A stretch of DNA of 63,813 nucleotides, counting the filler, from Octopus bimaculoides (Eukaryota): assembly GCF_001194135.2 (NCBI RefSeq). It is 5 parts of 4 records of this genome, joined end to end, with 100 filler letters (N's around TTAATTAATTAA, not from the genome) between each part and the next. Parts side by side here need not be neighbours in the genome. Positions count along the whole stretch, not along the records: positions 51,775 to 61,841 come from NC_068983.1; positions 61,942 to 63,813 come from NW_026346719.1; 3 more parts are not named here. The stretch is one strand, 5' to 3'. The notes beneath the pieces are model-generated. The model worked only from the letters and a program-made list of their open reading frames with translations. It was not told where the DNA came from and ran no database searches. Positions 51,836 to 63,813 of the stretch are shown in pieces (position 1 is the stretch's first letter; every line of letters starts with the position of its first letter). The position numbers were made by a program, and so were the translations under genes.

Positions 51836-52782
51836 ATATAGGCACACATCATTTATATATATGTGATGCATGCATTTATACATATATATATATATATATA
51901 TTACCTGCATATGGATATACCTATACACACACACAGATACGAATAGCTCGTGATTTATCAAATTCCAGAAACAGAAAACCGAACATCAACCTACCATAAT
52001 GGGATTGGAACTTACGTTTTTTTTTTTGTTTTACCATATGAACAAAATATAGTTCTACAAGCATTTGTCAATGTGAGACGGTTAGTGTATATATCTCAAA
52101 GTATGACATAATATTAGTAGTTACTAGATTTTGACGTTGCAATTTATAAAACAAAAAAATATGCAGTGGGTTTATATAAAATTTAAAATGGAAGGTAACA
52201 CCATGAACTGTATTTATTCTACAAGTGTAAAACTTACGACATTGTTCCTCATTACTCAGTTGATTAATGTATAGGCATTAAGTACGAGAACCACACTTTA
52301 TAGTGATAGGAATGTATTATATAAAATATATAATATAGAAGAGGATATTCTTTGGAGTGAGAAAAATAAACAGATATATTATGAGGTAAATATTAATTTT
52401 TGAATTATACCACAGGGAAGAGGATTTTTTTTGTCAGGCAGCTTTGAGTATATTGAGACAGTCACACCACCTCGATCATATACAAGTCACACACACACAC
52501 AGAAAGCTGTGTGTGTGTGTCTGGATGTTTCTATATATACGATATATATATATATATGTAAATAAGTAAATATGTGTCCCTGTGTGTGTATGTAGATATA
52601 TAAGATACTGTGTATATATACGCATTATATATTACATACGCTTATACATACAGTATTTATGAATATATATATGTAAATATATCAAAAAATAAAGATGTAT
52701 ACACATATATTTATGTATATATATGTATGCATAGATATATATGTATGTATATATAAATGGATACATATATGAATATATATAT

Positions 52783-52835
<53 letters not shown>

Positions 52836-52857
52836 ACGGTTTACCTTGACAACCAGA

Positions 52858-52878
<21 letters not shown>

Positions 52879-52888
<10 letters not shown>

Positions 52889-53120
52889 CTGGTTGTCAAG
52901 CGATGATAGGGGGCAAACACAGACGCAAACACACACACAGAAACACAGATATATATATATATATAAATACGATGGGCTTCTTTCAGTTTCCATCTGTCCA
53001 ATCCATTCAGAAGGCGTTTGTCGGCCTGTGGTTATTGTACAAGACACTTGCTCAAGGATCCACGTAATGGGACTGAACCCGGAACCATATGTTTAGCAAG
53101 CAAGCTTCTTACCACACTCT
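52879..53120 (-). mobile_element. SINE family A 5' half
   Basis: gggcttctttcagtttcc...gacacttgctcaagg...gggactgaacccggaacc...gcttcttaccacac. Confidence 0.85.
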
Positions 53121-53305
53121 CAGGTGTGTCTATGTGTGACAGTGGCTGTTATTCTGCATGAGGTTTTGCGTTCTGTAACGTTCTTCGGACGAAACCATTA
53201 AAATGCTTAATATACACAAAATATTCAGCCAGAGTCTGACATCCGAATATGAATAAAAAATAATACAATCAACATGAGTACAATGCAAAGATGGAATCAT
53301 ATATA

Positions 53306-53580
53306 TTCTTTTATTCCTTTACTGGAGTCAGTCATTAGACTACGGCCATGCTCGAACATCGTCATAAAGAGTCTTTTAGTCGGAGAAATCGACCCCAGGA
53401 TTTATTCTTTGTAAACCTAGTACTTATCTATCAGTCTCTTTTGCCGAACATCTAAGTTACAGAGACGTAAACACACCAACATCGATGGTGGAGGTGATGA
53501 GGAAAAATACAGACAGAAAGACATAAATACATACACACATATATATATATACGGGCTTCCTTCAGTTTCCGTCTATAAAA
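53306..53580 (-). mobile_element. SINE family A 3' half
   Basis: cagtcattagactacggccatgc...aaatcgaccccagg...gacgtaaacacaccaacatcg...cgggcttccttcagtttccgtc. Confidence 0.85.
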
Positions 53581-53592
53581 ATCTATCTATCA

Positions 53593-53635
<43 letters not shown>

Positions 53636-53649
53636 AATCTATCTATCTA

Positions 53650-53692
<43 letters not shown>

Positions 53693-55429
53693 TGATAACA
53701 TAGACAGAATCATACGCCGTTCTATGTATAACTTTTGGCAATGTTAACGTTAATAAAGCCCAGTCTCGCGGAGCCGTTATATCGTAGTTAATAATTACAA
53801 CCCATAAACGGAAGAATAAAACTATGCAAATCTGTGTTAAAGTTCAACATGAAACTTTCCACCATTGTTGTTATTTAAATTGCAATGATGGAGCATTGTG
53901 TATATAATACAAAGAGCAACTTTATTGTACAGAAAGAATTGCAACTCATTAAAAAACGAAGATTACATATATATACACACACACATTCATATATATACAT
54001 ATATGAAAACTACACCTTTGAAGTAAATTCTGAATCAAACTTATCTCGGTGTATTCTAAATACACATGAACTTAATTATCAATAAAATAATAAACAAAAC
54101 GCACAGTATTGTATTTAGGACAATTTAATTATTAGAGTTAATTTAAAAATTAAAGCTTTTATGAGCACATTGCGAACACTGACATATACAACAATTCAGT
54201 AAAATTATAATAAGTAATGTTTAATTATTATAATAACATAACGCTTAGTTTGTATAGCATGTTAAACAATATCTACACTAAAATACGTCTGGCCATGCGT
54301 GGTGTTTGCATATGTATGTATATATATATATATATATATATANNNNNNNNNNNNNNNNNNNNNNNNNNNNNNNNNNNNNNNNNNNNNNNNNNNNNNNNNN
54401 NNNNNNNNNNNNNNNNNNNNNNNNNNNNNNNNNNNNNNNNNNNNNNNNNNNNNNNNNNNNNNNNNNNNNNNNNNNNNNNNNNNNNNNNNNNNNNNNNNNN
54501 NNNNNNNNNNNNNNNNNNNNNNNNNNNNNNNNNNNNNNNNNNNNNNNNNNNNNNNNNNNNNNNNNNNNNNNNNNNNNNNNNNNNNNNNNNNNNNNNNNNN
54601 NNNNNNNNNNNNNNNNNNNNNNNNNNNNNNNNNNNNNNNNNNNNNNNNNNNNNNNNNNNNNNNNNNNNNNNNNNNNNNNNNNNNNNNNNNNNNNNNNNNN
54701 NNNNNNNNNNNNNNNNNNNNNNNNNNNNNNNNNNNNNNNNNNNNNNNNNNNNNNNNNNNNNNNNNNNNNNNNNNNNNNNNNNNNNNNNNNNNNNNNNNNN
54801 NNNNNNNNNNNNNNNNNNNNNNNNNNNNNNNNNNNNNNNNNNNNNNNNNNNNNNNNNNNNNNNNNNNNNNNNNNNNNNNNNNNNNNNNNNNNNNNNNNNN
54901 NNNNNNNNNNNNNNNNNNNNNNNNNNNNNNNNNNNNNNNNNNNNNNNNNNNNNNNNNNNNNNNNNNNNNNNNNNNNNNNNNNNNNNNNNNNNNNNNNNNN
55001 NNNNNNNNNNNNNNNNNNNNNNNNNNNNNNNNNNNNNNNNNNNNNNNNNNNNNNNNNNNNNNNNNNNNNNNNNNNNNNNNNNNNNNNNNNNNNNNNNNNN
55101 NNNNNNNNNNNNNNNNNNNNNNNNNNNNNNNNNNNNNNNNNNNNNNNNNNNNNNNNNNNNNNNNNNNNNNNNNNNNNNNNNNNNNNNNNNNNNNNNNNNN
55201 NNNNNNNNNNNNNNNNNNNNNNNNNNNNNNNNNNNNNNNNNNNNNNNNNNNNNNNNNNNNNNNNNNNNNNNNNNNNNNNNNNNNNNNNNNNNNNNNNNNN
55301 NNNNNNNNNNNNNNNNNNNNNNNNNNNNNNNNNNTATAGATAGATAGATATATATATACATACATATATATTTCATATGAATATATATACTTATATGTAT
55401 ACATATATATACATGTCTATAAACATGTG

Positions 55430-55476
<47 letters not shown>

Positions 55477-55703
55477 CTTATAATATACAGACGTTTGTAT
55501 ATTTGCGTGTAGGTTTGCAAATATAGATACATAAATAAGTCGCAATAAAATGTATTTTACATACGGAAAAAAATGGTGCGCAATGTTTTACATATAGTGT
55601 ATACATTTTACACAAACTTTCCATGATGGTACTCAAATATACACAACCACTGGCACGCACGATCACACAGACACAAAAATACATAATACACACACACACA
55701 CAC

Positions 55704-55880
<177 letters not shown>

Positions 55881-55919
55881 CACACACACAAAAATATATA
55901 TATACACACACACATGTAT

Positions 55920-55957
<38 letters not shown>

Positions 55958-56438
55958 GTGTGTGTGTGTGTGTGTGTTTCGGTGAGTACCATTATGGGAG
56001 AGGTAACATCAGCATCAGAAATGAAAGATATATATACAATATATGTAACATACTGCGCACTCTTTTCTTTGCGTTTGTAAAATCCATTTTATTCCTAATT
56101 AGATATTTATGCATCTACATATGCGTGTATGCATGATTGTATGTGTGCATGTGTGTATATATATTTATATATGTGTGTGTGTGTGTGTAAATATATAGGT
56201 TTATGTGTATATATGTGTTTGTATATGTGCGTATATATATATATGCACGCAGAAAATTTACGAAAGAGAAAGTACGAGAGAGAAAGTGCCTTTTGACAAA
56301 CTTGTACTGAGTATAATACCTTTTGTTTGTATTTGTTCAACTCATAAGCACACACACTCACGCCCCCATCATTATCTATCTGTATCTATGTATGTATATA
56401 CAAATATATTCAAACGCATACGCGCGTGCACACGCACA

Positions 56439-56480
<42 letters not shown>

Positions 56481-56502
56481 CACACATTCAAAGATGATGT
56501 TA

Positions 56503-56542
<40 letters not shown>

Positions 56543-57459
56543 NNNNNNNNNNNNNNNNNNNNNNNNNNNNNNNNNNNNNNNNNNNNNNNNNNNNNNNNNN
56601 NNNNNNNNNNNNNNNNNNNNNNNNNNNNNNNNNNNNNNNNNNNNNNNNNNNNNNNNNNNNNNNNNNNNNNNNNNNNNNNNNNNNNNNNNNNNNNNNNNNN
56701 NNNNNNNNNNNNNNNNNNNNNNNNNNNNNNNNNNNNNNNNNNNNNNNNNNNNNNNNNNNNNNNNNNNNNNNNNNNNNNNNNNNNNNNNNNNNNNNNNNNN
56801 NNNNNNNNNNNNNNNNNNNNNNNNNNNNNNNNNNNNNNNNNNNNNNNNNNNNNNNNNNNNNNNNNNNNNNNNNNNNNNNNNNNNNNNNNNNNNNNNNNNN
56901 NNNNNNNNNNNNNNNNNNNNNNNNNNNNNNNNNNNNNNNNNNNNNNNNNNNNNNNNNNNNNNNNNNNNNNNNNNNNNNNNNNNNNNNNNNNNNNNNNNNN
57001 NNNNNNNNNNNNNNNNNNNNNNNNNNNNNNNNNNNNNNNNNNNNNNNNNNNNNNNNNNNNNNNNNNNNNNNNNNNNNNNNNNNNNNNNNNNNNNNNNNNN
57101 NNNNNNNNNNNNNNNNNNNNNNNNNNNNNNNNNNNNNNNNNNNNNNNNNNNNNNNNNNNNNNNNNNNNNNNNNNNNNNNNNNNNNNNNNNNNNNNNNNNN
57201 NNNNNNNNNNNNNNNNNNNNNNNNNNNNNNNNNNNNNNNNNNNNNNNNNNNNNNNNNNNNNNNNNNNNNNNNNNNNNNNNNNNNNNNNNNNNNNNNNNNN
57301 NNNNNNNNNNNNNNNNNNNNNNNNNNNNNNNNNNNNNNNNNNNAACTCCATGCACACATACATATATATATATAATATAAATATACATACCGATATATAT
57401 GGACGTATTTTTATATAAATGTATGTATTTATACGTAAATATATATAATTATAGATATA

Positions 57460-57594
57460 CAGGGTGATCATAAAGTTTGGATACATGGGAAATATTACGA
57501 TATTTTTCTTTCGACTGTAACGTATGAAACAAAAAGAGCGTGTCAAGTCTAAGGTTTTTGCAGCTCTACGTATCCAGATTTTGCTGTCACCCTA
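57460..57594. mobile_element. 135-bp Tc1/mariner-superfamily MITE
   Basis: TA|CAGGGTGATCATAAAGTTTGGATAC ... GTATCCAGATTTTGCTGTCACCCTA|TA. Confidence 0.75.
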
Positions 57595-58007
57595 TACATA
57601 TAAGTATATATATGTATATATATGTATATGCTTGTGCCCGTGCATTTCAATACGCACGTACATGCATGCAAACATACATACATACGTACGTACGTGTGTG
57701 TGCGTGTGTGTTTATGTGTGTGTGTGTGCGCGCGCGCGCGTGTTTGTATTTGAAAACATATGTGTGTGTACGCATATTTCCGCTGTCTTGTGTATTTGTT
57801 TACTATGCCAGCCGTTAGGTTTAAGACAAAAAATTTGTGTTTATGTCCCATTACATTTCATATTAACTGAAACTTCATAAGATATTAATGGCTAAAATAT
57901 ATTTCAACTGAATACGATCTTATTGTCATAAAACGCCTGAAATGTTAGCCGTAGCATGACCGTCGTTATATGACTGACTCACACATGTAAATGAGAAAGC
58001 TGGAATG

Positions 58008-58066
<59 letters not shown>

Positions 58067-58362
58067 ATATATACAGAGAGAGAGAGAGAGAGATAGAGAG
58101 AGACAGATAGAGAGACAGAGAGACAGAGAGAAAGAGATGACAACGGAAAAAACAAATGTTATTGAACTTCATTAGCTTACAGCTCTTTCTGCTATAAGAT
58201 GTGGTGGACTCTTAGTTGAGTACCGAGATAACATCCTATAGCTTCATCAGAGCCTTGAATATGAAGTGCATTAAATAACACTTGTTTTTTCTAGAGTTAT
58301 CTCTTTGTTTCTAATACGACTCTATGCTCATATAACATTATTTTTCTGGGCCATACGTATAT

Positions 58363-58414
<52 letters not shown>

Positions 58415-58434
58415 GTATGTGTGTATGTATATGT

Positions 58435-58600
58435 ATACTTGTTTCAGTCATTTGACTATGGGTATGCTGGAGCACAGCCTTTTAGTCGAAGAAATCGATC
58501 CCAAGATTTATTCTTTCTAAGAGTGGTGCTTTTTCTATCGATATCTTAGTCCGAACCGCTAGATTACGGGGAAGTAAACACACCTACATCGCTTGTCATA
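58435..58600 (-). mobile_element. SINE family A 3' tail
   Basis: cttgtttcagtcatttgact...atgctggagcac...ccgaaccgctag.ttacgggg. Confidence 0.82.
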
Positions 58601-58734
58601 GCCCTTTCAATACGAAAGTAGTTAGTCGAGATATATCCACGTGTCGATAGTTTATGTGTCATTTCTTGGAGGAATTTGTCTAGTTACCCTTTGAACGGCA
58701 TTGGGTCCTTCTAAATAATAATAATAATAATATA

Positions 58735-58784
<50 letters not shown>

Positions 58785-58819
58785 NNNNNNNNNNNNNNNN
58801 NNNNNNNNNNNNNNNNNNN

Positions 58820-58858
<39 letters not shown>

Positions 58859-58893
58859 TACATTCATACATATATACATACATCCATCCATAC

Positions 58894-58929
<36 letters not shown>

Positions 58930-58936
58930 ATATAAC

Positions 58937-59300
58937 GTGAATGTCCCGGCGAATATCTGAATAAGATGCATATATAATAGACCAGACATAGTGATTTGGG
59001 ACAAAGAGAAACTACATAAAACAGTGGAAATCAGTTACTCATCAGATGTCAGCATAAATCTTAAAGATCAGTAAAAAACAAAAAGATCTGCGATGAAATT
59101 TACAGTCACTCCACATAGACTACAAGCTGAGATTTATACCCGTAATCATTGGGGCACTTTCGTACGTAACCAACTTCCTCAGCACCAATCTTGAGAAGTA
59201 AGGTTCTCGGAACCAGAAATGGTAAAGTGAATTACAAAACTACGGATACACGCCAACAATGAAACTGTCTCTGTATGTAAAACTTTGCAAAAGTTTAACA
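58937..59300 (+). mobile_element. RLE LINE C-terminal fragment
   Basis: NRPDIVIWDKEK...VEISYSSD...FIPVIIGAL: PD..(D/E) endonuclease motif. Confidence 0.75.
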
Positions 59301-59549
59301 TGTAAGTCTTTATACACACGTCTATACGTACAGTTATACGTATATGTACAGGTCTGCACTTATACTAACACCAAATACTGGCACATATACACATACACAG
59401 GCACAACTGCCTTGGCGATGTATATGAAATTTCAATGAAGGAGCCTTGGATTTAAGTTAGAAACCGGCTTTTTTTCTCTGTAACTATAAATGTTGAAACA
59501 AATATGTTGGCTTGTGTGTGTACATATATATGGTATGTGTTATATATTC

Positions 59550-59592
<43 letters not shown>

Positions 59593-59614
59593 ATTACATA
59601 CATACATACATAAG

Positions 59615-59695
<81 letters not shown>

Positions 59696-60003
59696 TACAC
59701 ACACTCGAACATATATATGCATGACTAGAGATAGGTAGAGGTTATAAATAAACTGTGGATTATATAGTACGGATTATAAATTCTGAATTAAGAATACATA
59801 ATTCATTCTTCTTTGTGTTTTACACTATACTCTGAATTCTTCGGAAACGAACTTTGGATTTACTAACCGAACAGGAGTACTAATGGAACAGGAATGTGGT
59901 CCACATCGTTTACAACGATGATCACTGGTTACTTTAATACACAGTGCTCAAAGAATGTATTGTTCAAGATTTTACAACCTATATTCTTTTGTGTTATATA
60001 TAC

Positions 60004-60044
<41 letters not shown>

Positions 60045-60719
60045 NNNNNNNNNNNNNNNNNNNNNNNNNNNNNNNNNNNNNNNNNNNNNNNNNNNNNNNN
60101 NNNNNNNNNNNNNNNNNNNNNNNNNNNNNNNNNNNNNNNNNNNNNNNNNNNNNNNNNNNNNNNNNNNNNNNNNNNNNNNNNNNNNNNNNNNNNNNNNNNN
60201 NNNNNNNNNNNNNNNNNNNNNNNNNNNNNNNNNNNNNNNNNNNNNNNNNNNNNNNNNNNNNNNNNNNNNNNNNNNNNNNNNNNNNNNNNNNNNNNNNNNN
60301 NNNNNNNNNNNNNNNNNNNNNNNNNNNNNNNNNNNNNNNNNNNNNNNNNNNNNNNNNNNNNNNNNNNACATATGTATATATATACATAATATAATACAAT
60401 ATAAATGTATATCCATGAAGCTACGTATATATGCATGTGCGTACACTAAAAAAGAGAATGAGAGTGATAAAGTCAGAGAAAAAGAGAGGATCCATATATA
60501 TTCTTTGCCATTATCTATTTATTGCAGAATTTACGCTAATCACTAGATATCAGAACTCATTTATTTAACTCATAGGCTCACTTTTTGTTCTCTGAATATG
60601 CTAGTGTTTACGTAAATTTGTGTGTATGTGTGTATGCGTGTATATGTGCGTTGATGCCAGTGTTAATGTCTGAATAAACTTGAACTCGTGTAGTAGATGT
60701 GTATCTCTCTTTAGTACAC

Positions 60720-60950
60720 AAACATGTTTTCTTCATAACCATTTAAATCTGTGAAGATGTTTATGCGTATTCTGATAAAGTGCATGTTTTCAGCCCGAGA
60801 ACGTTCTGCAGAAATGCAAATCAGTTAGTTCCGTTATATTTGGAGAATATCAGCATTTCAATATTTTATACAGATCTACTGCCAGGTAACCCAGTGCACC
60901 TATGATAATAGGTAAAGATGAAATTCTGTAGCTTGGATTTATGAGCTGTC
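60720..60950 (-). mobile_element. RLE LINE C-terminal fragment
   Basis: QLINPSYRISSLPIIIGALGYL resembles the PVIIGAL (58937 copy) and PIIVGALG (23150) motif. Confidence 0.6.
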
Positions 60951-60956
60951 TGTATG

Positions 60957-60994
<38 letters not shown>

Positions 60995-61654
60995 AATATC
61001 CGTACATGTATGTATGCAAGCGCATAAGCATGTTGTGAAAGTTGTAGCAAAAGGTAGTATGGGTGCTTATACACTGTTAAAGCACTACTAGACTTCTGGA
61101 TCGCAGTTTTTCATAAATTACTGTTTTTCTCAAAAATCACGTAGCTCTTCCATCTACAGTACTACTATAGTTTAACTAGGTAACGAAACTCAGTATATCA
61201 TACCGACAAATGATGAATTTTACACTGAGGAAGCATTGATGGTGTGACATCGTCATCATAGAAATAGTAACGAAATGTTCCTCAAATTCCAAAATGAGTC
61301 ACCGATTCAAGAGGATCTAGCTGCACGTATAGTATATTATATATACATACAGATACAGACATAAACAAACACTCAGGCACACACATTTATATATATAAAT
61401 TCACGACATATATATGTGTGTGTGAGTGGTGTATTTTCATGCATATATAAATAGTATATTTATATGTATATCATATTTGAGAGGTAAACATACATCCTAC
61501 ATCATGGTATTTTCCGAACCAAATTTTGAATTTTAAATTTTTACATCACGGTTTTTCTCACGATGTAATTAGTTTAGGCATTAATTAAAAAAATATTTTA
61601 AAAATCTAACTATATTCGTAGTTATCTTTAACCCATTTATGTTCTTTCTTTCTA

Positions 61655-61750
61655 TACATACAAGCATGGCTGTGTGGTTAGCAGCTTCTTTCCCAACAAC
61701 GTTTCCGGATTTAGTCCCACTGCGTGGCACCTTGGACATGTGTCTACTAC
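61655..61750 (+). mobile_element. SINE family A head
   Basis: catggctgtgtggtta...gcttctttcccaac...tagtcccactgcgtggcaccttgg. Confidence 0.8.
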
Positions 61751-61841
61751 TACTTCTCATAATGAGATAAAAAAAAACCAAGGCTGTGTACATTATAGAA
61801 CATTTATAATATATAATATATAATATAATATATATATATAT

Positions 61842-61941
61842 NNNNNNNNNNNNNNNNNNNNNNNNNNNNNNNNNNNNNNNNNNNNTTAATTAATTAANNN
61901 NNNNNNNNNNNNNNNNNNNNNNNNNNNNNNNNNNNNNNNNN
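61842..61941. other. Artificial scaffold-join spacer N44-TTAATTAATTAA-N44
   Basis: Same 100-bp structure. Confidence 0.95.
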
Positions 61942-61997
61942 ACCGCGATCCTATGACAGCGAGTCCGCTGCTCTAACCACTGGGCCATTGCACCTCC
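61942..61997 (-). mobile_element. SINE family B head
   Basis: Reverse complement GGAGGTGCAATGGCCCAGTGGTTAGAGCAGCGGACTCGCTGTCATAGGATCGCGGT, truncated by the join. Confidence 0.8.
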
Positions 61998-62031
61998 ACG
62001 CCAATAATACGCGTGCACATACGTACATACA

Positions 62032-62339
62032 CTGGTTCAACTTCACTTATTCATTATTAGGCAATTAATTAATCATCTAACCAACTAATTAATTAAATGG
62101 TTGGTTAATTGTTCGGTCAATCATTCAGTCAACTTGATCACTCAAAATCCTTCTGTCGCTATTCGTGACCTTATCAACGACATGCCCTCTCTACTCCAGG
62201 TTTGCTAAATGGCGACAAAAGGACTTTGACAAACTGAACTGATTGATTGATCGAACGATTAAACAAACAATCGATTAACTAATCGGTCAAATTGGTTAAC
62301 CAATTGACAAATAAAAATAAAGAAGTGAAATAGAACCAG
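62032..62339. mobile_element. MITE with long imperfect inverted arms
   Basis: CTGGTTCAACTTCACTT ... AAGTGAAATAGAACCAG termini; internal caaaatccttctgtcgcta / tggcgacaaaaggactttg inversion. Confidence 0.75.
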
Positions 62340-62439
62340 CGCGTGTGTTTATTATTGGCATAATGACTCTCCCGAGATACAAAGAAAATGAAATGAATGG
62401 TAAAACAAGAGTCACAACATATATGCATATATATCTACA

Positions 62440-62640
62440 TATATACGCACACATACATACACACATACAAACATACACACATACACGCACATACATACAC
62501 ACATACATACATGCACACATACAAACATACATACACACATATATACATACGCACACATACATACATGCACACATACATACACACATACATACATACACAC
62601 ACATACATACATACATACATACATACATGCATACATACAC

Positions 62641-62677
<37 letters not shown>

Positions 62678-62730
62678 TACATACATACATACATACATAC
62701 ATACATACATACATGCATGCATACATACAA
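62440..62730. repeat. Compound (TACA)/(CACA) microsatellite
   Basis: Direct reading; source of the MYVC/HTYI ORFs. Confidence 0.92.
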
Positions 62731-62999
62731 GCATATACCAAACTATGTGGAGCAAAATGTGAATAAATTTGCGTAGTTGGGGAGACAATGCAACGTTACA
62801 AATAATTACGATATCTTGGGCAATAAAACCTGCAAGATCTTAAGATTTAGAGAAGTGGTTCTTACCCGGGTTCCCTATGGCCCTTAGGGGTCCACATAAG
62901 ACACCATTATTAAAATTACTTCTGCTTCTGCAATTCTCAGAACATTTTAACAATCACTTAAGAAAATTTCTTACAATATTTAACTATAAAAATATTCTT

Positions 63000-63100
63000 T
63001 TCTTTTATTCTTTTACTTGTTTCAGTCATTTGACTGCGGCCATGCTGGAGCATCACCTTTAGTCGAACAAATATACCCCACAACTTATTCTATCGGTCTC
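63000..63100 (-). mobile_element. SINE family A 3' tail
   Basis: tcttttacttgtttcagtcatttgactgcggccatgctggagca. Confidence 0.85.
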
Positions 63101-63176
63101 TTTGTATGTAAGTATCTCAGTATGCATATAGCTCTCCCTTTTAAAATTATAATTAATTTTACCGGGCACCTGCTTG

Positions 63177-63480
63177 GTGTGGAGGCGTGTGGCTTAGTGG
63201 TTCAGGGGTGTTATACTCATGATCGTAAGATTGTAGTTTCGATTCCCAGATCGGGCAATGCATTGAGTTCTTAGCACGCCAGACAAAATAATTAGCGGAA
63301 TTTCAACCCGTCTTTACATTCTGAGTTCAAATCCCGTCGAGGGATTTGAACTCAGAACTTTACCTTTTATCATTTCAAGGTCGATAAAAATAAGTACCAG
63401 AAGTGCACTGGGGACAATGTAATCGACTGAGTCCCACCCTCGAACTTGTGAGACTGTGCCAAAATTTGAAACCTATTATT
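63177..63480 (+). mobile_element. tRNA-like SINE head joined to a family C body
   Basis: GGAGGCGTGTGGCTTAGTGGTT...GTTTCGATTCCC (family-B-like head) followed by ttagcacgccagacaaaa...gtcgataaaaataagtaccag...ccaaaatttgaaacc. Confidence 0.72.
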
Positions 63481-63813
63481 ATTGTTATCATTATTGAGTG
63501 AGAGAGCAAAGCATGCCATCAAAGTGACACTGGGGTAAAATATACGAAGCCCATTATACCCATCATGACTATGGTTATGATGCTCCCCCACTACTTCTGC
63601 TCATGATCAGAGATGCACATATCGTCAGCCACCAAGGGACATGCTCAACTGGTTAAGGTCAAACAACTGACAAGCAAACCTGTGGTATTGAGCAGAATAT
63701 TTGCTGTAGCCCCATCTTTTGTACCAAGACAAAACAATGTACATGATAACATTTCCAATCAATTAAGATCAGAAGCCATGAGAGCCACTGCCTGGTACTG
63801 TATCAGAGCATTT

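Noticed and set aside
62296-62788. Long HTYI/MYVC-repeat ORFs on both strands
   Set aside because: Translations of TACA/CACA microsatellite with no coding signature.

Overview
This is eukaryotic, AT-rich, repeat-saturated draft-assembly sequence. The SINE, LINE and microsatellite vocabulary is what I associate with octopus/coleoid cephalopod genomes, which is recognition from memory and not a search result. I found no intact host protein-coding gene, rRNA, tRNA or CRISPR array, and nearly all ORFs in the track are microsatellite or N-gap read-throughs. The window contains decayed DNA transposons (MULE with FLYWCH, hAT, two Tc1 DD34E-type, five mariner copies, several MITE/fold-back hairpins). 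It also has a cluster of R4/Dong-clade RLE LINEs sitting in (TAA)n arrays, including one near full-length ~4.3 kb copy, plus RTE fragments and at least three SINE families. Four 100-bp N44-TTAATTAATTAA-N44 spacers mark scaffold joins. The block between two of them (27375-51674) is visibly CpG-decayed, as expected of a methylated gene body, and holds candidate minus-strand non-coding exons. I see no evidence for a new multi-gene system. The best leads are TAA-targeted LINE stacking, a GC-rich Tc1 that may be horizontally acquired, long hairpins inside a probably transcribed block, and the hidden transcript itself.
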